This document shows, piece after piece, positions 55,677 to 64,000 of a DNA stretch of 64,000 nucleotides. The stretch is from contig CBDCCZ010000018.1 in assembly GCA_965215005.1 (NCBI GenBank), forward strand, positions 128,001 through 192,000, in the 5' to 3' direction. Position 1 is the stretch's first letter; every line of letters begins with the position of its first letter. Source of the DNA: Kofleriaceae bacterium. GTDB taxonomy: Bacteria; Myxococcota_A; Polyangia; Haliangiales; Haliangiaceae. A program made the position numbers and the translations under genes. The notes beneath the pieces are model-generated. The model saw only the letters and a list, made by a program, of their open reading frames with translations. It had not been told where the DNA came from and made no database searches.

Positions 55677-56485
55677 TGCCGTGCCTCTGCGGCAAAGCAG
55701 ATCAGCCGCTGCGGCACCGCAGCAGAAGCGACGAAGCGAACCTCGGCAACGCCTGGCTCGGTTTTGACCGCAAACCGCACCCAGCCATCGTCGACGCCGG
55801 GACTGACCTGCGCGACCTCTTTGCCGCGGACCAACACCTGCAGGTGACCCGGCTGGCGCACGTCGCGGCGGGTGAAGACATCGGCAAGGCCCACGTAGCC
55901 AACCAGCTCGGTACCGAGGCGCGCCTGCGGGTAGGTCACGGTTACCTCGCCACCGGCGGCGGGCACCGCTTTGATGCAGCGGTGCGGCTCGAAGCCGACC
56001 TCCTCGAGAGAAGCGGTTGCCGCGCCGCGCATGCGAGCCTCGCCCGCCGCGGCGACGAAGTCGTAGCTCACCATGGCGGGCGCGCGCTCGAAGCGGCGAA
56101 CCGTGATGCCAGCGATGGATGTTTCGAGCACCGGCGCCAGACCGTGCGTCTCTGCGGCGCGTGCGCCGCCAAGCGAGAGCTCCCAGATGGTGCCGTAGCG
56201 CGCCGCGTCCATGCGCGCTGCCATTTCCATGGGAATACGGTCGCCTAACGCCGCGCGGCCCAGCGGGTCGGTCCATGAGGGCGCAAACACGATCAGCTCG
56301 CCCGGCTCGTGGTTCTGGCGCACGAATGCAGCCGCTTTGGCCCATGCCGCTTCATCGGGGGCCTGGGCGCCGAGCACCCGCAGCACCTCCCAAAGTGCCA
56401 CCACGACCAGCAAAACCGCCGAAGCCGCGCCTATGGGGCCACTCCTTGCCCACTTGCCGCTGCTCTTGTGCGTGGTGCCAGACAC
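55673..56485 (-). CDS. Membrane-anchored hypothetical protein
   Basis: One N-terminal TM followed by a soluble domain; coupled to the GT gene. Confidence 0.7.
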   Translation of the reverse strand: MSGTTHKSSGKWARSGPIGAASAVLLVVVALWEVLRVLGAQAPDEAAWAKAAAFVRQNHEPGELIVFAPSWTDPLGRAALGDRIPMEMAARMDAARYGTIWELSLGGARAAETHGLAPVLETSIAGITVRRFERAPAMVSYDFVAAAGEARMRGAATASLEEVGFEPHRCIKAVPAAGGEVTVTYPQARLGTELVGYVGLADVFTRRDVRQPGHLQVLVRGKEVAQVSPGVDDGWVRFAVKTEPGVAEVRFVASAAVPQRLICFAAEARQ

Positions 56486-56583
56486 GAGCGAACACCGAAG
56501 GTCAATGCGCGGCAGTCGACCGAGGTCGAGACAGAGTGGGCACAGGCTCGAGCAAGACGGCGATGGTATACCATCGCCGCTTC

Positions 56584-57927
56584 ATGAGCTGGCTGCGGCG
56601 GTTTCGCATCCACCTGGCGCTGTTTGTGGTGGCGCTGGTGGTATTTTGCTCCACCGCGGGAACGCGCCTGCTTGAGCAGTCGAGCGACCCGCACTTCGTG
56701 TATCAAGCCGATGCGTGGCTGCACGGGCAGCTCGCCATTACCCCGCCGCCTGCCAAGGGCGACGACTGGGCCAAGGTCGAGACCGTGGTGCTCGACGATG
56801 GCGCCGTGGTGCGCGGCCGCCGCAAAGCGACCACGCCGACGTTTCGCACCCTCGCGGGTGAAGAGCTGCCTCTCACGCGCCTTCAGCGCTCGCTCGGGCA
56901 GGTGCATTATGTGTCGTTTCCACCGTTTCCGGCGCTCCTGCTCGTGCCGCAGGTTCTGATCACTGGCCGGCGCGCCAACGACGTGGCGTTCACGGTGTTG
57001 ATCGCGGCGCTGTGCGCGCCGCTAGCCTTCAGCGTGTTGCAGCGCCTGCGCCGCCAGGGATTGTCAGCGCGCAGCACCGGCGAGAATCTTTGGCTGTGCG
57101 CGGCGCTGCTGGCGGGCTCGGTGATGTTCTTCTCGGCAGTGCAGGGGCGGGTTTGGTTCACCGCCCACATCGTCGGCGTGTTGTTGGCGCTCGGCTACAC
57201 CTGGGCGGCCATCGGCGCCAGCCGTCCGCTTCTCGCTGGGCTGTGCCTAGGCTGCGCCGCCATCACGCGAGCTCCGATGGCGTTCATGTTCCCGCTGTTT
57301 CTCTTCGAGGCGTGGCGCATGAGCGCGGGCCAGTGGAATCCGCTTGCGAAGCGTTTGGCCGCGTTTGCCGCGCCCGTTGTGGTAATCGCCGTCGCGGCCA
57401 TGGCGCACAACGCCGCCCGCTTCGGCAATCCGCTGGAGTTTGGCCACGCATACCTCGATGTCCGGCAACAGGCTCAGATGGAAACCATCGGCATGTTCAG
57501 TTGGGCGTACCTGAGCCGCAACTTGGCGGTGGCGCTCACGCTGCTACCCAGCGTTCACAGCACCGCTCCCTACATCACCATCAGCGGCCACGGGCTGGCA
57601 ATCTGGCTCACCACGCCGGTGCTCCTCTATGTGCTTTGGCCGCGCCGCACCGGGCCGCTGCACCGGGCGCTGTGGGTAACCGTCGCGGCGGTTGCCCTGC
57701 CTTCGCTGCTCTATCAGAACTCCGGGTGGTTTCAGTTTGGCTACCGCTTCAGTCTCGATTACCTGGTGTTCTTGATCGTCTTGCTCGCCATCGGCGGGCG
57801 CCCACTCACCAAGCTTGCCAAGGCCATCATCGTCATCGGCATCGTGATCAACACCTTTGGCGCGCTCACCTTCGCTCGTCAGCCGCAGTTCTATGGCGGT
57901 CAGTACGGTGTGGTCATCGCACATTGA
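56584..57927 (+). CDS. Polytopic membrane protein, GT-C-like
   Basis: DPHFVYQADAWLHG, YVSFPPFPA, NAARFGNPLEFG and FGYRFSLD; about 10 TMs. Confidence 0.7.
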   Translation: MSWLRRFRIHLALFVVALVVFCSTAGTRLLEQSSDPHFVYQADAWLHGQLAITPPPAKGDDWAKVETVVLDDGAVVRGRRKATTPTFRTLAGEELPLTRLQRSLGQVHYVSFPPFPALLLVPQVLITGRRANDVAFTVLIAALCAPLAFSVLQRLRRQGLSARSTGENLWLCAALLAGSVMFFSAVQGRVWFTAHIVGVLLALGYTWAAIGASRPLLAGLCLGCAAITRAPMAFMFPLFLFEAWRMSAGQWNPLAKRLAAFAAPVVVIAVAAMAHNAARFGNPLEFGHAYLDVRQQAQMETIGMFSWAYLSRNLAVALTLLPSVHSTAPYITISGHGLAIWLTTPVLLYVLWPRRTGPLHRALWVTVAAVALPSLLYQNSGWFQFGYRFSLDYLVFLIVLLAIGGRPLTKLAKAIIVIGIVINTFGALTFARQPQFYGGQYGVVIAH

Positions 57928-57980
57928 CGAACCGCCCGCGGTCGTCGCGGCCATGTTGATGGCCAGCGAAATACGCTAGG

Positions 57981-60008
57981 ATGCAGCTCATGCTGGCCAG
58001 ACGCGTCGTTGCGCTCTCGCCGGACGAGGCGTTTGCCAAGCGCCTGGGCCAAGGACTGATGGCCGCCGGTGCAGCCGTAGAGACTCACGCGACGCTTGCC
58101 ACGCTCGCGCCGGGACCGATCCACGCCTCCTTGGTGGTGGTGCAGGCGGTGGAGACGCTCGCCACCGTAGACGCCGTGGCCCAGCGGCTTGCCGATGATG
58201 CCCGCATCATCGTCGTATCGCCCACCGCGACGCTGGCCGACATCGTTGAGTGCATGCGCGTCGATGCTCGTGTTGTGGCGGTGCTCGATGCCGATAGCCT
58301 CACCGCGCAATCACTTGCCGCTGCCGCGAGCCGCGCGCTCTATGGCGACGTCTTCGGTCTCGAGAAAGTCGTTCCGTGGGGCACCAAGGTGCACTCGGTG
58401 CTGGTCGGCGATTATCAAGAAAAGTCGCTGTGCATCGCGCAGCTCTCCGAGGCCGCCGCGGCCATGGGCATCCGGCGCAAATATCGCGACGCCATCGAGC
58501 AGTGCGCCGACGAGATGCTGATGAACGCGCTCTACGACGCGCCGGTCGATGCCGCGGGCCGGCAGCTATTTGGCGATATTCCCACCAAAACCCGCATCTC
58601 GCTGCGCATGGAGCAGAAGGCGGTGGTGCAGTTCGCGTTCACCGGCGAGAGCTTCGTGCTCTCGGTGCGCGACTCGTTTGGCACCCTGGCGCGCGAGACC
58701 ATGCTGCGGTACCTGCACAAGTGCCTGCACGCCGAGCAGCAGATCGATCGCAAGACCGGTGGCGCAGGACTTGGCCTCTACATCATCGCAAACGCCTGCT
58801 CCGCGTTCTCGTTCAACGAGCTCGAAGGCGTCGCGACCGAGTGCATCTGCCGATTCGACATCACCCAGACCAAGCTGCAACTCGAGGAGTTTGGTTTCTT
58901 TGCCGAGAAGATCGACGCCGCGGCACGGCTCGCGGCCGGTCCCTCGCAGCTGGTCCCGGCGCTGCGAGCCCCCAGTCCTCGCCCGGCCATTGCGCCTTTG
59001 GTTTCGCTGCTGTCGGTGGTCGTGGTGCTGCTCATGGGCTTACTAGGTCTGCTCGCGTACCCACGACTGGCCGCGCCAAGCCGCGCCTCGCTGCGCGTCC
59101 ACACCGACCCCATCGGCGCCGCCGTGGATGTCAACGGTGTGGGCCGCGGCACCACCGGTGGGCAAGGACTGCTGCTAGAGGACCTCGAGCTCGCCCACAG
59201 CTATCGCATCACCGCACGCAAGCCGGGTTTCCGGCCGCGCGAGCAGCTGGTCGAGGCCACCATTGAGCCCACCACGCTGCGACTCGCGCTCCTGCCCGAG
59301 GCCAGTATCCTGGCCGTCGATAGTCGTCCAAAGGGCGCGGCGGTGTTCCGCGGCGATGAGCAGCTGGGTCTCACCCCGCTGTCGGTGACCAGCTTGCCGA
59401 GCAGCACCGAAGTCGAGCTGGTGCTGCGCAAGCCAGGCTATCGCGACCAGCGCTACCGCGCGCGCGTGCCCGGACCGGGCGAGCGCGCCTTCGTCGACCT
59501 CGAGCTGGCGTTGGCCGCAGGTCTCGGAAGCCTCGATTTGACCTCCGAGCCGGCCGGCGCGCAGTTGTATCTCAACGACGAGCTCGTTGCCGGTGCGCTC
59601 ACGCCGATACGCGAGCTGTTGCTCGAGGCCGGGCGTCCGCACCGCGTGCGGCTGGTGCGGAAGGGGTATGCGCCGCGCGAGCTAACGGTCGAGCTCGGCT
59701 CTGGAGAGCACGCGGCGCCGCAGCACGTCGAGCTGCAGCCGCAGGGCGAGCTGATCATTGCCGCCGATCGCCGCGGCGTGGCCAGCGTGGTGGGGGTGCG
59801 GCAATGCCAGCGCAAGCCGCTGCCCATGCGCTGCGTGCTGCCGCATGGGACGTATCAGGTTCGGGTGGTGAGCCCGCGATCGGGTGCGCGACAGGTCTTC
59901 GAGGTCGCGGTGAAGGAGGAGCGCGTGGAGCGGCAGCTTCGCCTGCGGCCACCTCAACGAGGCGAGCAGGCGCGCGGCGCGGGGTCGGTCGCAACACCCC
60001 GGCCGTAA
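57981..60008 (+). CDS. HATPase (anti-sigma-like) + TM + PEGA-repeat protein
   Basis: DEMLMNA, SVRDSFG and GAGLGL; one TM; three (T/S)xPxGA PEGA repeats. Confidence 0.8.
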   Translation: MQLMLARRVVALSPDEAFAKRLGQGLMAAGAAVETHATLATLAPGPIHASLVVVQAVETLATVDAVAQRLADDARIIVVSPTATLADIVECMRVDARVVAVLDADSLTAQSLAAAASRALYGDVFGLEKVVPWGTKVHSVLVGDYQEKSLCIAQLSEAAAAMGIRRKYRDAIEQCADEMLMNALYDAPVDAAGRQLFGDIPTKTRISLRMEQKAVVQFAFTGESFVLSVRDSFGTLARETMLRYLHKCLHAEQQIDRKTGGAGLGLYIIANACSAFSFNELEGVATECICRFDITQTKLQLEEFGFFAEKIDAAARLAAGPSQLVPALRAPSPRPAIAPLVSLLSVVVVLLMGLLGLLAYPRLAAPSRASLRVHTDPIGAAVDVNGVGRGTTGGQGLLLEDLELAHSYRITARKPGFRPREQLVEATIEPTTLRLALLPEASILAVDSRPKGAAVFRGDEQLGLTPLSVTSLPSSTEVELVLRKPGYRDQRYRARVPGPGERAFVDLELALAAGLGSLDLTSEPAGAQLYLNDELVAGALTPIRELLLEAGRPHRVRLVRKGYAPRELTVELGSGEHAAPQHVELQPQGELIIAADRRGVASVVGVRQCQRKPLPMRCVLPHGTYQVRVVSPRSGARQVFEVAVKEERVERQLRLRPPQRGEQARGAGSVATPRP

Positions 60009-60106
60009 ACGTCGGCAACCTCGGTTGCGTCGCCGAGAGCGGCCAGACCAAACGATTACGGATGTTTATGACCGGTCCCAGGAGCCCGCGAGGCTGGTAT
60101 GCTCGT

Positions 60107-61414
60107 ATGGTGCAGTACTGGTTCGCCGTCATGATCGCCGTCGCGAGCGCTTTCGCGCCCGGCGTCGCCGTGGCCGCGGAGGTCGAGTCGGACGTCATGG
60201 CCTATCCGGGCGTTCAGTACACTGTGTATGTCGACCGCTCGATTCCCGCCATCATCCACGTCGTGCGCGCCGACATCAGCTCGAGTGAATTGGTTCTGGA
60301 GGCCACCACCGAGGCGGAGCGAGGCAAAACGCCGTCGCAGGTCGCTGCCGCCAGCGATGCCCAAATCATCATCAACGGGGACTTCTTCAGCCCGCTCGAC
60401 TTTCGTCCCGCGGGGCTGGCGATGGGGGCGACGATGCTTTGGAGCAACACCGCCGATGACACTGCGTCGGGATTCCTTCGGTTCGACCGGCTCGGCGGCC
60501 GGGCCCACGTCACCGTGTCGCCGCCCGCTGATGAAGTCGCCGCAACCGAGCTGCCGCCTGGCACCGAAGGCGTCGTCGGCGGCCGGCCAATGCTCTTGCG
60601 CGCCGGCGCCACCGCTAGCAGCCGAGCGTGCGATGACCCGCTGGCGATGCCGTGCCAGCGCGCGCCGCGATCGGCGGCCGCGGTGTCCAGCGACGGCAAC
60701 ACCTTATGGCTGGTCGTGGTCGATGGTTGGCAGCCGCGGTCGCTCGGCATGACCGCCGCCGAGCTCGGCCGGTTCTTGCAACAGCTCGGCGCCTACGATG
60801 CGCTGATGCTAGACGGTGGCGCCAGCTCGGCGCTCTACATCGGCAATCAAGGCGGCATCGTCAATGCTCCCTCCGACGGCGTCGAGCGCGCGGTGGCCAA
60901 TCATCTGCGACTGCGGTACGGCGCCCTCGAGCCTGGGCAGTTGGTCGGCTTCGTGCGCGCGCGCGACATTTTCGACGCCGAAGCGGCCATCGCTGGCGCC
61001 AACGTTCGGCTCGACGATGGCACCACCACGACGACAGACAGCACCGGACTCTACAACTTCCCGGCCGTCGATCCGCGCTACGCGTGCGTTACCGCAGCGG
61101 CTCCTGGCTATCGCGCTGCAACGGCGTGCAAGCAAGTGTATTCGCAACAAACCACCTATAATTCCGTGGCGCTGTTTCCCGGCACCGACGCGCCCGACGC
61201 CGGCGTTCCTCCCGTCGATGCCGGCGCTTCGAGTGATGCTGCCGGGCCAGTGCTCGGCGACGACGGCGACGAGCCGGGCAGCGCCGGAGCCGATGACAGC
61301 GGTCGTGCGAGCAGCGGCGGGTGCAACTCGAGCGGCCCAAATCAGGGTCTGGCTTGCTTGCTGGTCCTGCTCGCAATCACGCCTCTTTTTCGCCGGACGG
61401 TCGAGCGATTATGA
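60107..61414 (+). CDS. Phosphodiester glycosidase (NAGPA) family protein with a carboxypeptidase-regulatory-like domain and a MYXO-CTERM-like tail
   Basis: INGDFF, APRSA, VVVDG, LDGGASS and ERAVANHL; C-terminal GGC followed by a TM and RR. Confidence 0.85.
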   Translation: MVQYWFAVMIAVASAFAPGVAVAAEVESDVMAYPGVQYTVYVDRSIPAIIHVVRADISSSELVLEATTEAERGKTPSQVAAASDAQIIINGDFFSPLDFRPAGLAMGATMLWSNTADDTASGFLRFDRLGGRAHVTVSPPADEVAATELPPGTEGVVGGRPMLLRAGATASSRACDDPLAMPCQRAPRSAAAVSSDGNTLWLVVVDGWQPRSLGMTAAELGRFLQQLGAYDALMLDGGASSALYIGNQGGIVNAPSDGVERAVANHLRLRYGALEPGQLVGFVRARDIFDAEAAIAGANVRLDDGTTTTTDSTGLYNFPAVDPRYACVTAAAPGYRAATACKQVYSQQTTYNSVALFPGTDAPDAGVPPVDAGASSDAAGPVLGDDGDEPGSAGADDSGRASSGGCNSSGPNQGLACLLVLLAITPLFRRTVERL

Positions 61415-62766
61415 GCGCCGCTGACACTCTCGCGACCTCGCTCTACACCGATGCCGCAACCGGACAGCTCTGCGAGCGGCGCTTCAAGCTGGTCGTGGTC
61501 AGCGGCCCCGATGCCGGTAAGGAGCACGCGCTCGAAGGCGGGACGGTGATGATTGGGACCCACCCCAACAACGATGTCGTGCTCACCGACAACACCGTCT
61601 CGCGCTATCACCTCGAGCTACAAGTGCGGCGCGATGGCCTCAAGGTCATCGACCTGCAGAGCACCAACGGAACGCGCCACGGCGACACCAAGCTCGGCAC
61701 CATCGTGCTCACTGAGGGGGCGCGGCTCAGACTGGGCAAGCGGACGGAGCTCGACATCGTCCCCAAGAGCGACGCGGTCGAGCTGACGGCCTATCAGCGG
61801 GACCGCTTCGGCGATGTCCTGGGCGTCTCGCAGCCGATGCAGGCGCTGTTCGCGCTGCTGGACCGCATCGCGCCCACGGAGGCCACGGTGCTTCTACAAG
61901 GAGAGACTGGCTCGGGCAAGGAAGCCATTGCCGAGGCAATTCACCGGCGAAGCGGCCGCGCGGGTGGTCCGTTCGTGGTTGTCGATTGCGGCGCGATTCC
62001 GCACGAGCTCATCGGCTCGGAGCTCTTTGGCCATGCCAAAGGCGCCTATACCGGTGCCTCGAGCGACAAGCAAGGTCTCATCGAAGCGGCCAATGGCGGC
62101 ACGCTCTTTCTCGACGAGATCGGCGAGCTAGCGCTGGATCTGCAGCCGCAGCTGCTGCGGGTTCTCGATAAACGCCAAGTTCGCCGGGTTGGCGAGACGC
62201 GGTCGGTCGAGGTCGACATTCGGGTCATCGCAGCGACCCACCGCGACCTGCGCGCGATGATCGCCGAGGGCGGATTTCGTGAGGATCTCTACTATCGCCT
62301 CGCTGTCGTCCGCACCGAGGTTCCGCCGCTGCGAACGCGTAAAGAGGACATCCCGCAGCTCGCGGCATTCTTTGCCGAGCGCCTCGGACGCGGCGCGTTT
62401 GCGTTGTCCCCAGCGCTGGTGCGGCAGCTCGAGACGCACGACTGGCCGGGCAACGTGCGCGAGCTCCGCAACGTAGTGGAGCGCGCACTCAGCCTCGGAG
62501 ATCCGGGGCTGCCGACTGCGCCTGCGGCGATGTCGAGCAGCGCTTCCCAGGCGACAGCGGCCGATGTTTCGAGCGCTGACATTCTCGAGCGCCCATTCAA
62601 AGAAGCCAAAGCAGACCTCATCGAGTCGTTCGAGCGCGAATACCTAACGGAGCTGCTCAAGAAGCACCGCGGCAACATCTCGCGCGCCGCCAATGAAGCG
62701 GGCATAGACCGCAACTACATCCATCGCCTCATCAAGAAGTACGAGCTCGACGTCGAGCGCCGCTGA
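61411..62766 (+). CDS. FHA-domain sigma-54 enhancer-binding protein
   Basis: FHA (VSRYH, STNGT), [24 protein letters not shown] and an HTH. Confidence 0.93.
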   Translation: MSAADTLATSLYTDAATGQLCERRFKLVVVSGPDAGKEHALEGGTVMIGTHPNNDVVLTDNTVSRYHLELQVRRDGLKVIDLQSTNGTRHGDTKLGTIVLTEGARLRLGKRTELDIVPKSDAVELTAYQRDRFGDVLGVSQPMQALFALLDRIAPTEATVLLQGETGSGKEAIAEAIHRRSGRAGGPFVVVDCGAIPHELIGSELFGHAKGAYTGASSDKQGLIEAANGGTLFLDEIGELALDLQPQLLRVLDKRQVRRVGETRSVEVDIRVIAATHRDLRAMIAEGGFREDLYYRLAVVRTEVPPLRTRKEDIPQLAAFFAERLGRGAFALSPALVRQLETHDWPGNVRELRNVVERALSLGDPGLPTAPAAMSSSASQATAADVSSADILERPFKEAKADLIESFEREYLTELLKKHRGNISRAANEAGIDRNYIHRLIKKYELDVERR

Positions 62767-62906
62767 GGCAAAAGCTGCGCGGCTTCGAAACGCGGCCAGG
62801 GCCGCTGCGTCGGCGATCAACGATTGCTGAACGAGGAAGCGGCTGGCTGCTCGAGCGGACGGCAAAGCACCGTGCCCCGCGATGGAGGCACGGTGCCGTC
62901 GGAGCA

Positions 62907-63975
62907 TCAGTCGAGCATCATCAGACGCGGCGCCGGTGCGGTGATGCGGCGAGCGCCCTGGTGCGCGCGAAGGGGACTAGAGAAGCAGATGTCAGGGTTG
63001 GTGGCGGCATTCTCCTCTAAGCAGGCACAGAGCTCGCTATCGGGATTGGCCTCGCACTCGCAGGCGGCAAACGGATTGCCATTGGCATCCACCGCCGTGG
63101 TGCAGTCGACGCAAAAGCCGACGTCGTTGGGCACGTTTTCGGTGCCGCTATAGAACAAGTTGACCTGCGCGCAGGTGAGATTGGCCGAACGGGGAGTATC
63201 GGCGCACGATGGGCCGTCGGCATCATGAGGACTACAGATGACCGCGCAGCTGCCCACCGCCCCGCGATCGACGCCGTCGTAGCCAATGCAGCTTGCGCCC
63301 TCTTCGCAGGTGTTGATGAACTGGCACAGATCACCCTGCTGGCCCGGTGCTTCGCACGCGGTGTCCCATCTCGTCGCGCGGTGGGGCAGTTCGGGGTGAG
63401 GATCGGACTCGGCATCTCCAAGTCAGAAGGCTCGGCCTCGGGCCCGCCCGCAGGTCTGCGTCCAGTTACCGGTTTGCGGCCTGGAGTTGAGGTAGCAAGC
63501 ACCGGTATCGCAGTCCTGCTCGAGAACATCGCAGCTATCGAGACAGATGCCGGTGCCAGGCGCGGTCGTCGAGAGAGGCCCGCAAAGGTTGACGCAGGAC
63601 TGGCCAGGGCCACAGCTATCTGGCGACGTGGTGCAGATGCGTTGGCAGATGCCATCGAAGCAAGCATCGCCGGCGACGCAGTCGTCGTAGCCAACGTCGG
63701 AGTTGGCGGCTCCGGTGCACGTTTCGCCGGTTTGGCGATCACCAGCAGGCACGCAGGCGACGGTGGAGGTTGCCGTTATCGCTAGTGGAAGTGCAGCGCT
63801 GGCCTTCGTCGCACCCGGTTTGATTGACGGGGTCGCAGGCCAGCGTGGTGGCGGCATCGCGGCTGCCACCATCGGCGACTGCAGCGCCACCATCGGGGGC
63901 GGCCGCGTCATCGTCGCCGCACGCGGTGCCAATGACCGCAAAGGAAAGTAACAAGAGCGAAGCTAGTTTTTTCAT
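62907..63975 (-). pseudogene. Cys-rich lipoprotein gene with multiple frameshifts (pseudogene or sequencing errors)
   Basis: RBS and MKKLASLLLLSFAVIGTAC lipobox. The Cys-rich sequence continues only by switching frames near ~63775, ~63450, ~63365 and ~63260. Confidence 0.75.
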
Positions 63976-64000
63976 TACGATTCTCCCTCGAAATCCATTC

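Noticed and set aside
63423..63425. TGA as possible selenocysteine read-through, given selA
   Set aside because: The plausible protein sequence passes through a different frame here, and several other frameshifts are needed anyway.

Overview
High-GC bacterial window, most likely Myxococcota. This is inferred from an FHA-sigma54 activator, an MXAN_5808-like S41 protease, an RpoH-family sigma factor, Cys-rich lipoproteins, a PEGA protein and a MYXO-CTERM-like tail. It holds about 40 CDS. Housekeeping and regulatory genes include gluQ, selA, rtcA, rsmI, a PPTase, SDRs, a histidine kinase-NtrC pair, M16 and S41 peptidases and a siroheme dehydrogenase. Other genes include a 15-heme cytochrome/beta-barrel operon, a GH8-CBM60 lipoprotein and six GT-C-like membrane glycosyltransferases with a Thr-type sulfatase-superfamily enzyme. 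The most unusual features are: (1) a ~70-100 bp structured dispersed repeat in three copies, two of which bracket in inverted orientation a lower-GC three-gene cassette (disintegrin-like repeats, Cys-rich lipoprotein, MIDAS vWA-dockerin); (2) CTAG-bounded IS630-like mini-elements; (3) an intact S46 peptidase homolog lacking its whole catalytic triad; (4) an rtcB C-terminal remnant beside overlapping hairpins; (5) a multiply frameshifted Cys-rich gene. No rRNA, tRNA or CRISPR array was seen. All family calls come from motif recognition by eye, not from database searches.
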